From Vicinamibacteria bacterium (lineage in GTDB: Bacteria > Acidobacteriota > Vicinamibacteria > Marinacidobacterales > Marinacidobacteraceae), in assembly GCA_964291235.2 (NCBI GenBank), contig OZ219816.1, forward strand, positions 1,120,001-1,184,000: a stretch of 64,000 nt of DNA, read 5' to 3'. Below, piece after piece: positions 37,451 to 46,938 of the stretch. A program made the position numbers and the translations under genes. The notes beneath the pieces are model-generated. The model was not told the origin of the DNA and made no database searches. It was given only the letters and a program-made list of their open reading frames with translations. Every line of letters begins with the position of its first letter. Positions within the stretch are counted from its first letter, which is position 1.

Positions 37451-38055
37451 TGCACGAGTTCCGGCGCTGCGGTTGGGCGGCGGGCAGGTTCCCGGCTTAT
37501 GTGCGCTATCACGATGAGGAGTGGGGCGTTCCGGTCCGTGACGACCAGCGGCAGTTCGAATTCCTGCTGCTCGAGTCCGCTCAGGCGGGGCTCAGTTGGG
37601 CCACCATTCTGAAACGACGCGACGGATACCGGCGGGCGTTCGCGGAGTTCGATCCGGGGCGGGTTGCCCGTTTTCGGAAACCGCGCGTCGAGCGGCTGCT
37701 TCAGAACCCGGCCATCATCCGGAATCGCGCCAAGGTCGAGGCCGCGGTGAACAACGCGAAGCGGTTCCTGGATGTCCAACGGGAGTTCGGAACCTTCAGC
37801 GACTACATCTGGGGGTTCGTGGACGGAGCGCCGCGGGTCAACTGCTGGGAGCGGGACGACGAAGTGCCGGCGACCTCGGAGGAATCCACGGCACTCGCGC
37901 GAGACATGAAAGCGCGGGGGTTCCGGTTCGTCGGGAGCACGGTCCTCTATGCGCACATGCAGGCGACCGGGCTGGTGAACGACCATCTGGTGTCGTGCTT
38001 TCGCTATGCGGAACTGCGAGGAGATCCGCCACCGGAGCACCGGCCTTCGGGATGA
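37450..38055 (+). CDS. tag: DNA-3-methyladenine glycosylase I
   Basis: RCGW, YHDEEWG, LESAQAGLSW, IIRNRAK, GFRFVG, NDHLVSC. Confidence 0.93.
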   Translation: MHEFRRCGWAAGRFPAYVRYHDEEWGVPVRDDQRQFEFLLLESAQAGLSWATILKRRDGYRRAFAEFDPGRVARFRKPRVERLLQNPAIIRNRAKVEAAVNNAKRFLDVQREFGTFSDYIWGFVDGAPRVNCWERDDEVPATSEESTALARDMKARGFRFVGSTVLYAHMQATGLVNDHLVSCFRYAELRGDPPPEHRPSG

Positions 38056-38137
38056 TGCGGTGATTCCGGCTGGCGGGGGCGTGAAAGGGGGGCCTGGAGC
38101 GCGGGATTGGGCGCCCGCCACAGCGAGTGGGCGGCGG

Positions 38138-39517
38138 ATGGCCGGGAAGCAGCGGTTTTCTCCGGTGGCTCGATTGCTGGCCGCGATGCTCTTGTCCGGC
38201 GCCGCCTGTGGCGGCGGAGAGGATTCCGCCAACCCGCAGGCGCCCACCACGCCGCGCCCCTCCGAGCGGGAGTTGACCGGATTGGAAACGGTTGCCGAGC
38301 GGACGACGATCCGTGTCGGCGAGCGGTCCGACCTCCTGATGGTCTATGGGCGGTATGACGATGGGACGACCGGCACCGTGGCCGCGAGTTGGGCTTCCTC
38401 CGACACCGCGGTGGTGGAAGTAGCCGACGGGGGCGAGCTGATCGGAGTGGGGGCCGGGGTGGCCGGAGTCACCGCCACCTTCGACAACTTCAGCCACTCG
38501 CTCGATATTGAGGTGCGAGAGCCCAACCCCCGGAGCCTCCGGGACGATCCGGATGACATCCCCGGCCCGCAAATCCACGTCGTGTATGCCGTGCCGAGCG
38601 ATGCCGAGGACGGGAACCTGGACCGCTACGGCGGCATCGCCCGGTCCTTCCAGGCGATCCAGCACTGGCTGACCGCAAGAATCGGGTATCGCCTCCGACT
38701 GGACACCCACGGCGGCGCCCTGGACGTGACGTTCGTCGGCCTGTCTTTCACCAGCGAGGAGGGCGCCGGAAAGGGAGACGCGCTGATCGGCGACCTCGAA
38801 CGGGCCGTCACGGATACGCTGGGGCTCGCGCAGGACAACCTGCCGGACAAGCTGTATGCCGTCTACTACGCCGGGCAGTCTGCGGGCGTCTGCGGCAGCG
38901 CCCAGCCCGGCGGGCAGATGGCCGCCGTCTATGTCCACGCGGAAGGGTGTAGCGCCGTAGCCGTGGGAGGCGACCCGGAGACCCTGTCCACCTATGAGGC
39001 GGCCATGCTCCACCAGTTGCTGCACGCCTTTGGAGCTGTTCCCCCGTGCGCCCCCGGCCGGGTCGATGGGCCGCACGTCGGGGACTCGCCCGAGGACCTC
39101 CTGTACTCGGGGATCGAGAGCGCGCTTCGCAGTGAGGAGTTGACTATCGACTTCGGGCGCGACGACTACTTCGGGCACGAAAACACCGAGTGTCTCGACA
39201 TCTCCTCGGGGCGCTTCTGGGAACCGGTCGATTCTCGGGCGCCGTTCACCCCCGACGACGAGCTCCCGCGAGCACGTATTCCGTTCGAAGACTGGCCGCT
39301 TCGGTGCGGCCTCCACGAGACACCGCCCGAGCCGCCGACTCCGCCCCCCACACCCGAAGAGCCGGTGGTAAAACCCCCGCGGCCCAGTTCTCTCGGTGGG
39401 GACTCGAGCGGCGCTCGATCCCGTCTGGCCCCCACCGGGAGGACTGGCCGCCCCTCACCGGGAGAACTGGGCCTCGCCACCCTCGGCGCTCAGGTGGGTT
39501 TCACCACCGGCTGCTAA
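38138..39517 (+). CDS. Lipoprotein with Ig-like (Big_2) domain and zincin-like domain (HQLLH)
   Basis: Signal peptide ending GAAC; WASSDTAVVEV..G...GV.AG.A.VTAT Ig-like signature; HQLLHAFG...PHV...DLLY...DDYFGH. Confidence 0.7.
   Translation: MAGKQRFSPVARLLAAMLLSGAACGGGEDSANPQAPTTPRPSERELTGLETVAERTTIRVGERSDLLMVYGRYDDGTTGTVAASWASSDTAVVEVADGGELIGVGAGVAGVTATFDNFSHSLDIEVREPNPRSLRDDPDDIPGPQIHVVYAVPSDAEDGNLDRYGGIARSFQAIQHWLTARIGYRLRLDTHGGALDVTFVGLSFTSEEGAGKGDALIGDLERAVTDTLGLAQDNLPDKLYAVYYAGQSAGVCGSAQPGGQMAAVYVHAEGCSAVAVGGDPETLSTYEAAMLHQLLHAFGAVPPCAPGRVDGPHVGDSPEDLLYSGIESALRSEELTIDFGRDDYFGHENTECLDISSGRFWEPVDSRAPFTPDDELPRARIPFEDWPLRCGLHETPPEPPTPPPTPEEPVVKPPRPSSLGGDSSGARSRLAPTGRTGRPSPGELGLATLGAQVGFTTGC
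39360..39516. mobile_element. Putative MITE within the 3' end of the upstream CDS
   Basis: Inverted repeat AGCCGGTGGTAAAACCC (39360-39376) / GGGTTTCACCACCGGCT (39496-39512), 16/17; the right end reads TAGCAGCCGGTGGTG on the minus strand. Confidence 0.6.
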
Positions 39518-39622
39518 GCGCGCCTGATTGAGAGGTCGCTGGCCTCCCGGCGGCGTCGCCCGGCCTGACGCTCTCCGTGTTGGTCCGGACGGATTGCCCG
39601 GCCTCCGGAGGTGCACTCCACG

Positions 39623-39677
39623 TCGAGTTTTCCACAGTGGCCCCGGAAACGGGAATTTCGGGAGGCGTTTTCCGTCT
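39623..39677 (+). promoter_or_regulatory. Conserved motif upstream of pilM (copy 1)
   Basis: TCGAGTTTTCCACAGT..GGGA..TTTCCGTCT, with the same spacing as at 57414-57468. Confidence 0.5.
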
Positions 39678-39685
39678 GAGGAAGA

Positions 39686-40804
39686 GTGCGCCGTTTTACC
39701 CGCTGGAGACGCCCGCCGCACGGGCTAGGGGTGGACTTCGGGTATTCGGGGGTGAAGGCGGTGGCTCTCGCCGCGGATGGCGAAGATCTGACGCTTGTCG
39801 GAGCAGGACGGGAGCGTCTCGACCCGGGGGTCGTTCGGGATGGTGCGGTGCAAGACGCGGAGGCTGTCGGTTCGGCGCTCGGGCGACTGCTGACGCGGTT
39901 GCGTATCCGCGGACGGCTGGCGGCGCTGGCTCTTGGCGGGAGTTCGGTGTTCATCAAGCGATTCCCGGCGCCGCCCGACCGCGCCGTTGCCGGCGCGCCG
40001 GAAGACTTCCGGGACGCCGTGGCCCGGGAAGCGGCCCGCCACCTCCCGCTCCATCTCGAATCTCTCGAGTTCGACTACGAGCGTCCGCTGCCGCCGCCAC
40101 GGGAGCCGGGCGCCAGCCAGCCCGGGGCGATTGTGTTCGGAGCGGCGCCGCGCGAGGTGGTTCAAAACCACTGTGGCGGCGTCCGCGCGGCGGGGAGGGA
40201 AGTGAGCGGTATCGACCTGGAGCCCTATGCACTTTTCGCCGCGGCGCGTCTGATCGCGTCCCGGGCCGCGCCGGATCCCCCGTCCGGAGGCCTGGTAATC
40301 GCGGAGATCGGCGCCTCCCGGGCCGGGGTTCATGTCTTCGGTCGCTGGCCGAGGCCCCGTCCCCGGGCTGGAACCGGCGGCCCGGCGGCGAGCCGCGATC
40401 TGAATGCGGGGGCCGAACCCGACCTTCGGGTAAGCGTTCCGGCGACCGAGGGAACAGCGTTCGCCTCGGATCGCCTTCAGGCGACTGAAGATGTCCGATT
40501 CGGGCCCGCCGGGCAGGGGGAGGATGCGGAGGTTCTCGGGAACCGGATCGCGGCGACGATCCGGGAAGCGCTTCGGGAGGCGGAGCTGCCAGGTCCGGCC
40601 CGACTGTGCCTGAGCGGTGGAGGCGCCAGCGATCCGGTTCTCCTGCGGGGGTTTCGGGAGCTGGATCTCGGGGAACCCCTTGTTCTCGATCCGCTCGCAT
40701 CCATCGGCGGCGGCCAGGGAGGACCGGCGTTCGCGGTGGCCGCCGGTCTCGCCTACCAGGCGGCGTTGGATCTCCAGGCGCCCGAAACGGGTCGCCGTTC
40801 ATGA
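39686..40804 (+). CDS. pilM: Type IV pilus assembly protein PilM (divergent)
   Basis: LGVDFGYSGVKAV actin-like start, IDLEPYAL, EIGA, LSGGGA, AVAAGLA; first gene of an MNOPQ run. Confidence 0.8.
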   Translation: MRRFTRWRRPPHGLGVDFGYSGVKAVALAADGEDLTLVGAGRERLDPGVVRDGAVQDAEAVGSALGRLLTRLRIRGRLAALALGGSSVFIKRFPAPPDRAVAGAPEDFRDAVAREAARHLPLHLESLEFDYERPLPPPREPGASQPGAIVFGAAPREVVQNHCGGVRAAGREVSGIDLEPYALFAAARLIASRAAPDPPSGGLVIAEIGASRAGVHVFGRWPRPRPRAGTGGPAASRDLNAGAEPDLRVSVPATEGTAFASDRLQATEDVRFGPAGQGEDAEVLGNRIAATIREALREAELPGPARLCLSGGGASDPVLLRGFRELDLGEPLVLDPLASIGGGQGGPAFAVAAGLAYQAALDLQAPETGRRS

Positions 40805-41421
40805 ACCTTCTTCCGGCGGGCGGCCCCGAGCGCCGCCGCTCGGGTCGCACCGGGAGGCGGCCGTCACGCGCCCGGAATCTTGCGGGTGGATTCTTGTTCG
40901 GACTCGCCGTGGTGGCGGTGGCGGTGGACGTTCGCCTCCTCCGGGGACGCCTTGAGGGCGCCCGTTCCGAACGCGAGCAGCTCCGAGGCCGGATCGCCGC
41001 GCAGGCGGGCGAAGAAGAGAGGTTGCGGGCCGAGCGGGAACATCTCGCGGAACTGCGGGAGGTCGAGGCGCGGCTGGCCCGCTGGGACGAGGAACGGTTT
41101 CTTGTCCCGGGACTCCTTCGGGAAATTTCGCTCGCGGTTCCGGACGAGGTCGTGCTGGAAGAGGTGCGGCGGGACGGCCCGGATCTCCGGATCACCGGGA
41201 GGGGGGACTCGGCAGCCGAAGTAGCCCGGGCTCTTGAGGCACTCTCGCAGATGGAGCGGGTGAGGGATCTCGAACTCCTCTGGGTCGAGCAGTCGGACCC
41301 CGTGGCCGAGGGGGGACAGCAGCGGTTCGCCTTGGCCGGGGCCCTTCGCTACGCGTCCCGGGAGCCGTCGCCCTTCGAGCGGGTGGAGCCGGCCCGTGGG
41401 AACGGAGGAGCACCGCGTTGA
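40801..41421 (+). CDS. pilN: Type IV pilus assembly protein PilN
   Basis: MNLLP N-terminal motif, TM helix, coiled coil, VPDEVVL...ITG. Confidence 0.8.
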   Translation: MNLLPAGGPERRRSGRTGRRPSRARNLAGGFLFGLAVVAVAVDVRLLRGRLEGARSEREQLRGRIAAQAGEEERLRAEREHLAELREVEARLARWDEERFLVPGLLREISLAVPDEVVLEEVRRDGPDLRITGRGDSAAEVARALEALSQMERVRDLELLWVEQSDPVAEGGQQRFALAGALRYASREPSPFERVEPARGNGGAPR

Positions 41422-42038
41422 CCCCGACCACGCTCCGCTGGCGGGCGATCGCGCCCTTCCTGGCGGCAGGGTTTGTCGCCTACGGCGCCTTCCGGCTGCT
41501 GATTCGACCTGGAATGGTGCGCGAACTCCAGCAGCTTGAGAGCGAGGTGGCCGAAGGGGAGGCTCGTCTGGCCGGTGACGACACGAGCCCCCCGGAGTCC
41601 GGGGAGTCTCCCGGCGAAACCCGCGACGAGTTGGCCAGGCTGCGGGTGCGCATCGCGGCGCTTTCGGTAGGGCTGGCGAAGCCCAGCGAGGCCGAAGCGG
41701 CGCTTCGGTCCCTGGGTGCGCTGGCGTCGGACGCGGGGGTGCGCTTCCTTCGTTTCGCCCCGGAGCCCGAGGTTCGACTGGACGGCTATCTGGCGCGCGC
41801 GGTATCGGTGCAGGCCGAAGGATCGTTCTTCAATTTCCTGGGCTTCTTCGAGCAGGTTTCGCTCTTGCCCCATCTGGTCCTGGTGGAGGACATCGGAATG
41901 GAGGTGGCCGCCGGCGGTCTCGTCCGTTGCCGCTTCGTGGCGGTTGCGGTCCGCTCCGCCGAGGCCGCCCCGTCCCCGGTCCCGATGGCGGGCGGGGACG
42001 GTTTCGAGAAACCCGACGCGGGAAGGCCGGGATGTTGA
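41418..42038 (+). CDS. pilO: Type IV pilus assembly protein PilO
   Basis: TM plus coiled coil; GSFFNFLGFFEQVSLLPHLV; position in the operon. Confidence 0.8.
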   Translation: MTPTTLRWRAIAPFLAAGFVAYGAFRLLIRPGMVRELQQLESEVAEGEARLAGDDTSPPESGESPGETRDELARLRVRIAALSVGLAKPSEAEAALRSLGALASDAGVRFLRFAPEPEVRLDGYLARAVSVQAEGSFFNFLGFFEQVSLLPHLVLVEDIGMEVAAGGLVRCRFVAVAVRSAEAAPSPVPMAGGDGFEKPDAGRPGC

Positions 42039-42487
42039 TGCGCGGTTTCCTCGGGCGAGGCGGACTCGTCGTCGTGCTTGCCGGATTTCCGGTTTCCGGA
42101 GACGGCCGGGAGCCGGGAATGCGAGCGGCGGCTGGGACCCAGCGCGCCGGTGCGGAGCGAGGCCGCGATCCCTTCCGGCACCAGGCGTCCGGGGGCGAGG
42201 CCCCGCGCCCTCCGGGGCTTGCCGGTGTCGGAATCATGGAAGCCGTGATTCGCGGGATCGTGCGTTGGGAAAAAACGGATGCGGAAGAGGAAGCCCGATC
42301 ATCAGGGCTCGCGATTCTGGAGTCCGCGACCGGTGAAGGCTTCGTCGCGGTTCCGGGAGACCGTCTGCTGGACGGCGTGCTGGGCCGTATCGAGGACGCC
42401 GGGGTCAGCTTCTGGCTTGGCGGAGACCGCGCCCGCTCGGTGCATCGGCCGCTGGCGGCTTCACGCGCGACCTCGGAGGAGGAGTGA
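42038..42487 (+). CDS. pilP: PilP-like protein
   Basis: GRDPF motif, IRGIV...LAIL...GDRLLDG; lies between pilO and pilQ. Confidence 0.7.
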   Translation: MRGFLGRGGLVVVLAGFPVSGDGREPGMRAAAGTQRAGAERGRDPFRHQASGGEAPRPPGLAGVGIMEAVIRGIVRWEKTDAEEEARSSGLAILESATGEGFVAVPGDRLLDGVLGRIEDAGVSFWLGGDRARSVHRPLAASRATSEEE

Positions 42488-44295
42488 TGAGACTTGCGAC
42501 GAGACTCTTGAACCGTCCGGCGGGCGCCGGCCTGGTCTTGCTCGTCTGCCTCGGGCCGGGTGTCGCTCCGGCGGCCGGGCGCGGGCTCGAGGTGCAGGTG
42601 CTCGTTGCCGCTGGTCCGCCGGCGGTAACCGGCGTGGAAATCCATCCGGGGAACCGGGAGACAGTCCTGCGCTTTCCCACCGATGGGCAGCTGCGTCCAC
42701 CATCCGGCGCCGGGTTGCGGGACCGGTTCCAGGTGTTGATGCCGGGGGTGGACCTCGAGGCGGTGAAAGGATCCTGGGGGGTGGGAACTCCGGAGATCCT
42801 CGAAGTGCGGATCTCTCCGAAAGAGACCGAGGGCATCACCGTCGAGGCGGCGCCCGGCGTTCTCTGTGATCCGTCGCTATTCGCAGGGGGTCTCGAGATC
42901 ACCTGTCGCGCGCCGCCGGAGCCGGCTCCGGCAGGGGATGCCGATCAGGCCGACGCCCGGCGAGCGGAAGACGTCGAGCCGCGGGTCAGCCTTGACTTCC
43001 GGGACGCCGACCTTCGGGATGTGCTCCGCGTTTTGAGCGAAGTCAGCGGGCTCGACTTTGTGCTGCAGCCGGGGGTTTCGGGTCGCGTTTCCCTCCGGCT
43101 CACCGAGATTCCCTGGGACCGGGCGCTGGGCATTGTGCTCCGCTCGCAGCGGCTCGGGCACGTGCTCGAAGAGGGCGTCTTGCGCGTGGGACCCGCTTCC
43201 GAGCTCGCCGCCGAATACGAAGAGGAGCGGCGGCAGGCCGAAGCGCGCGAACTTGCCGGTGAACTGATCACCTTCAGTCGTAGCCTGGGCTACGTGCGCC
43301 CCGATGAGGTGAAAGAAGTGCTGGAAAGCCGACTGAGCGAGAGGGGAACGCTCGTCGCCGACCAGCGAACCGGAACGGTTCTGGTGGCGGATGTGGAAAG
43401 TCGGATTCGCGAAATCGAGTCCGTGCTGAACGTGCTGGACATCCCGGTTCCCGGCGTGGAGATCGAGGCGCGCATCGTGCTGGCCACGCGAACGCTCACT
43501 CGGCGGCTCGGAATCCAGTGGGGTGGAGGCCTGGTGCGCGAACACACCGGGAAGAAACTGCCTCAATCCTTCCGAATCGGTGCGGACGCGATCGGAGGAG
43601 CCACCTCGTCCTTTTCCAGCGGTAGTCCAGCGGGAGGGATCCTCTCCGCCGCGAACGCCGACGGCGAGCGTTCGGGCTACGGGGTGAACCTTCCGATCAC
43701 CGGGGCTCCTACCGGAGCGCTGGGGCTCGCCCTCGGGGCGCTGGGGGGCGCTGCCCATCTCGATGTGGCGCTGACCGCGGCGGAGCGCAAAGGAGAGGTC
43801 AGGATCCTCTCGGCACCGCGGATCGTCGCCCAAAACGCCCGGCCGGCAACCATCAAGCAGGGAGTGACCTTTCCGGTTCAGGTGGTGGCGAACAACACCG
43901 TTACGGTGCAGTTCCGGGACGCGGTTCTCGAGCTCACGGTTACCCCGCAGGTCAGTCCGGAGGGCACCGTTCTCCTGGATCTCACGGTGAGCAACGATGC
44001 GCTCGACTTCGGCCAGGCCGTTGGGGGGATTCCGAGCATTCTCACCCAGCACGCCACCACCCGGATACGGGTGGAAGACGGAGCGACGACGGTTCTCGGG
44101 GGTGTCTTTGCCACGCAGGACGCGCAGGACCGGGGCAGGGTGCCCGGCCTCCATCGGATACCCCTGCTGGGGCATCTGTTCCGGTCACGGGAACAAAACC
44201 ACCGCGATGAGGAGCTGCTCATCTTCCTCACCCCGAGAGTCCGCGCCTGGGAACAGGCGCGCCCGACGAAGCCGGATTCTCCCTCCGAGCCCTGA
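42487..44295 (+). CDS. pilQ: Type IV pilus secretin
   Basis: SLDFRDADLRDVLR, IPWDRAL, IEARIV, ILSAPRI, LELTVTPQV, VPGLHRIPLLGHLF, ELLIFLTPRV. Confidence 0.92.
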   Translation: MRLATRLLNRPAGAGLVLLVCLGPGVAPAAGRGLEVQVLVAAGPPAVTGVEIHPGNRETVLRFPTDGQLRPPSGAGLRDRFQVLMPGVDLEAVKGSWGVGTPEILEVRISPKETEGITVEAAPGVLCDPSLFAGGLEITCRAPPEPAPAGDADQADARRAEDVEPRVSLDFRDADLRDVLRVLSEVSGLDFVLQPGVSGRVSLRLTEIPWDRALGIVLRSQRLGHVLEEGVLRVGPASELAAEYEEERRQAEARELAGELITFSRSLGYVRPDEVKEVLESRLSERGTLVADQRTGTVLVADVESRIREIESVLNVLDIPVPGVEIEARIVLATRTLTRRLGIQWGGGLVREHTGKKLPQSFRIGADAIGGATSSFSSGSPAGGILSAANADGERSGYGVNLPITGAPTGALGLALGALGGAAHLDVALTAAERKGEVRILSAPRIVAQNARPATIKQGVTFPVQVVANNTVTVQFRDAVLELTVTPQVSPEGTVLLDLTVSNDALDFGQAVGGIPSILTQHATTRIRVEDGATTVLGGVFATQDAQDRGRVPGLHRIPLLGHLFRSREQNHRDEELLIFLTPRVRAWEQARPTKPDSPSEP

Positions 44296-44368
44296 ATCGG
44301 ATCACCGCCGGACGGCGGTCCGTTGTGCTACCGTTCGCGCCGTTGCGGGCCGAGCCCCGCTGCCGTTC

Positions 44369-44830
44369 GTGCCCGCATCTTCGTCCAGAGAGCCGACCCT
44401 CGCCGATCTGCTGGAGGCTCTGGATCAGCTTGCCGGCACCGAGTTCCACGAAGTGGATCTTCGTATCGGAGGCGCGCGCCTGCGCGTCGCCCGGCAGCCG
44501 GCGGCGACGGTTGCGACCACCGTTCCGGCGCCCGTCCCGGCCCCTCCCGCGCCAGCGGATGATGGAGCGGCGGATTCGGCGGCAGCCGGGCTGGACACGG
44601 TGACCGCGCCCATGGTGGGAACCTTCTACCGGCGGCCCCGCCCGGACGCGGAGGCGTTCGTCAGTGTCGGAGATCGTGTGCGGAAAGGTCAGGTTCTCTG
44701 CATCATCGAAGCCATGAAGTTGATGAACAACATCGAGGCGGAGAGCGGTGGAGAAATCGTGGAGATCCTCCCGGAAGACGCCTCCCCGGTGCAGTACGGG
44801 GACCGGCTCTTCGTGATCCGGCCAGCCTGA
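44369..44830 (+). CDS. accB: Acetyl-CoA carboxylase biotin carboxyl carrier protein
   Basis: APMVGTFY, IIEAMKLMN; start GTG 44369 is approximate. Confidence 0.92.
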   Translation: MPASSSREPTLADLLEALDQLAGTEFHEVDLRIGGARLRVARQPAATVATTVPAPVPAPPAPADDGAADSAAAGLDTVTAPMVGTFYRRPRPDAEAFVSVGDRVRKGQVLCIIEAMKLMNNIEAESGGEIVEILPEDASPVQYGDRLFVIRPA

Positions 44831-44866
44831 ACAAGAGCCGCGTGACCTTGTTCACAGGCTGCTGAC

Positions 44867-46201
44867 GTGTTCAACAAGGTTCTCGTCGCCAACCGCGGGG
44901 AGATCGCGGTCCGGATCATCGCCGCCTGCCGGGACCTCGGCCTCCGCACGGTCGTTGCGTACTCGGATGCGGACCGCGACTCGTTGCCGGTGCGCCTTGC
45001 GGACGAGCGGGTTTGCATCGGCCCGGCGTCGCCCGCCGAGAGCTATCTGGACGTGCCGCGAATCCTGACCGCGGCGGAGATTTCGGGCGCGGGGGCCATT
45101 CATCCTGGCTATGGGTTCCTTGCCGAGAGCCACGCGCTTGCGGAGGTGTGCGAAGCCTGTCGCGTGACCTTCATCGGACCGCCACCGGAGAGCATCCGCA
45201 CCATGGGGGACAAGGCGCTTGCCCGCCGGGTCATGCGGGACGCCGGGGTTCCCATCCTGCCCGGCACCGAATCCGGAGTCTCGGGTGTGGAAGAAGCAAC
45301 CCGGGTTGCCGGCGAGATCGGATATCCGGTGCTGCTGAAGGCCTCTTTCGGCGGTGGCGGTCGTGGAATGCGCATCGTGAATGCCGAATCGGAGTTGGCG
45401 CCGGCGCTGGCTTCTGCTGCCGCCGAGGCGCAGGCAGCGTTCGGGGACGCGGAGATGTACATCGAGCGGTATCTGCCCAGCGTGCGCCACATCGAGGTCC
45501 AGGTGTTTGCGGATGAGCACACCAATACCGTGCACCTTGGCGAGCGGGACTGTTCCGTCCAGCGCCGGCACCAGAAACTCGTGGAAGAAGCTCCCGGCCC
45601 CGGCTTGACCGAGGCCACCCGCAAGAAGCTTGGAGAAGCCGCGGTGAAGGCGGCCCGGGCGGTGAACTATCGAAATGCGGGCACGGTCGAGTTCCTGATG
45701 GATCCCGAAGGGAACTTTTTCTTCAGCGAGATGAATGTGCGCATCCAGGTCGAGCACCCGGTGACCGAAATGGTCACCGGGCTGGACCTGGTGCGGGAAC
45801 AGATCCGGGTCGCGGCCGGCGAGCCGCTCTCCTTCTCACAGGAGTCGTTTCGGGTTTCGGGGGCGGCGATCGAGTGTCGGATCAATGCCGAGGATCCGGA
45901 ACGGTTCATTCCGAGTCCCGGCACGATCACCGCGTTCCACAGCCCTGGCGGACCCGGGGTCCGGGTGGACACGGCGGCGCATGCGGGGGCGGTCATTCCG
46001 CCGTACTACGACTCGCTGGTAGCCAAACTCATTGTGCACGGCGAGGATCGACCGCACGCGGTGGCGCGGATGCGGCGAGCTCTTGCCGAGATGGAGGTGG
46101 AGGGAATTCACACGACTCTCCCGCTCCATCGTCGGATCATGGAGAGCGAGGAGTTTCTGGCCGGTGGCTTCGACACCGGGTTCATCGGGCGCCTCGACTG
46201 A
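44867..46201 (+). CDS. accC: Biotin carboxylase
   Basis: ANRGEIA, HPGYGFLAE, GGGGRGMR, ERDCSVQRRHQK, RIQVEHPVTE, YYDSL. Confidence 0.96.
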   Translation: MFNKVLVANRGEIAVRIIAACRDLGLRTVVAYSDADRDSLPVRLADERVCIGPASPAESYLDVPRILTAAEISGAGAIHPGYGFLAESHALAEVCEACRVTFIGPPPESIRTMGDKALARRVMRDAGVPILPGTESGVSGVEEATRVAGEIGYPVLLKASFGGGGRGMRIVNAESELAPALASAAAEAQAAFGDAEMYIERYLPSVRHIEVQVFADEHTNTVHLGERDCSVQRRHQKLVEEAPGPGLTEATRKKLGEAAVKAARAVNYRNAGTVEFLMDPEGNFFFSEMNVRIQVEHPVTEMVTGLDLVREQIRVAAGEPLSFSQESFRVSGAAIECRINAEDPERFIPSPGTITAFHSPGGPGVRVDTAAHAGAVIPPYYDSLVAKLIVHGEDRPHAVARMRRALAEMEVEGIHTTLPLHRRIMESEEFLAGGFDTGFIGRLD

Positions 46202-46237
46202 TCGGGACCCGGTCGGAGGAGAACGAGCGACGTCCTG

Positions 46238-46928
46238 GTGCTCCCGGAGATTTTTCGCGACGGGTCCGATCTATCCCATTCTGGAAGCGAGCGTCTTCGG
46301 TGAGCGGGATCCCGGGCCGGTTCTTCGCGCGCTGGGGGCGGCAGGGGTCCGGGTTGTGCAGTTGCGAGGCAAGGAGATGCCAAGCGGATCCTTCCTGGCC
46401 TGGGTGGCGGCCGGAGTTCAAGGGGTCGCCGCGAGCGGCGTCCGGATCGTCGTGAACGACCGTGCCGACATCGCCCTGTTGACGGGAGCGGATGGTGTGC
46501 ACCTCGGGCAGGACGACCTTTCGCCAAGGGCGGTCCGCAGGCTGCTTGGCCCGCGAGCGGTCATCGGTCTTTCGACCCACACTCGCGAAGAACTGGAGGC
46601 TGCCCGCGACGAGCCCGCCGACTATCTTGCGGTGGGACCGGTGTTCGAGACTGCCACCAAGGCCGATTCCGCGCCGGTCGTCTCGCTGTCCGGGCTACGC
46701 GAAGCGCGGAGTCTCTACGCCGGACCTCTGGTTGCGATCGGTGGAATCAGCCGGTCGCGGGTCGGCGCGGTGCTGGCGGCGGGGGCGGACGCGGCGGCGG
46801 TGATCTCCGCGTTGGCCGGTTCCTCGCCCGAAGAGATCGCCGACAAGGCACACGCGCTGCTCCGGGTGGCGACGACCCGTCCGGCGCCCCGAGGCTCGGG
46901 CAGCCGGGCTCGGCATTCCGATTGTTGA
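46238..46928 (+). CDS. thiE: Thiamine-phosphate synthase (apparent frameshift near the start)
   Basis: VQLRGK, VNDRAD, GVHLGQDD, GLSTH, GPVFETATK, AIGGI. No in-frame start after accC; GTG 46238 is one base out of frame at T5 46251-46255. Confidence 0.85.
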
Positions 46929-46938
46929 GGAGAGATTG

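Noticed and set aside
39381-39473. Short repeats resembling a mini CRISPR array
   Set aside because: The copies are adjacent or inverted with no unique spacers, and there are no cas genes; the AddB nuclease is Cas4-like only by fold.
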